A stretch of DNA of 64,000 bases. Source: Camelus dromedarius. Lineage: Eukaryota. The position numbers and the translations under genes are program-made. The notes below the pieces were generated by a model that saw only the letters and a list, made by a program, of their open reading frames with translations, did no database searches and was not told where the DNA came from. Of this stretch, positions 63,653 to 64,000 are shown piece by piece. The stretch is from the NCBI RefSeq assembly GCF_036321535.1, contig NC_087437.1:33420001-33484000 (forward strand), given 5' to 3'. The first letter of the stretch is position 1. Each line of letters begins with the position of its first letter.

Positions 63653-64000
63653 CACCTTCAATATCTATTTCTATAACTGATACATATTAGGTTTTGGTAG
63701 TTTAAGGGGCCATGTGTTTGTCATCATTGTGCCCAAAATGATTTCTGTGAAAATACAAGATTCAGTCATAGTTGAACAAACTGCTTTGGCTCTGCTATTG
63801 CTTGTATTAACCAGCAGACTTGTACAGTCATACCCATACATCAGCTCTTGGGAAAGAAAACCTGTGTTTTGGAACAAAACACTGAAGTCACCATCCTGGT
63901 GTCACATCGCCCATGGTAAGATGTGAAGAAGTCACTCATGGCATTTGGTATGCAATGCTTATAAAGCCGAGTCATGTGGCCCAGAGCAGGCTGCATTTAA

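Noticed and set aside
1..64000. CRISPR arrays, operons, tRNA/rRNA genes or other prokaryotic systems
   Set aside because: The sequence is mammalian; I saw no regularly spaced repeats or structural RNA genes.

Overview
Eutherian mammal genomic DNA, intronic or intergenic, with no confidently identifiable protein-coding gene. The young L1 3' ends resemble camelid-type L1s as I recall them, and I saw no Alu, pig PRE-1 or ruminant/cetacean SINEs, so a camelid source is a tentative inference. Much of the window is interspersed repeat: MIR, L2, old and young L1, MaLR/ERVL solo LTRs and one Tigger-type MITE, with several nested insertions and intact target-site duplications (TSDs). Between them are repeat-free, homeobox-motif-rich blocks that resemble conserved non-coding elements, plus a few candidate micro-exons. 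The listed ORFs are chance ORFs or L1/L2 ORF2 remnants. The most unusual structure is a perfect 33-bp inverted repeat at 63555-63627 that looks like a recent template-switch product; a smaller one lies at 44268-44313 inside an L2. I could not support a larger novel system. Repeat family names come from recalled consensus sequences, not a database search, and boundaries are approximate unless a TSD is given.
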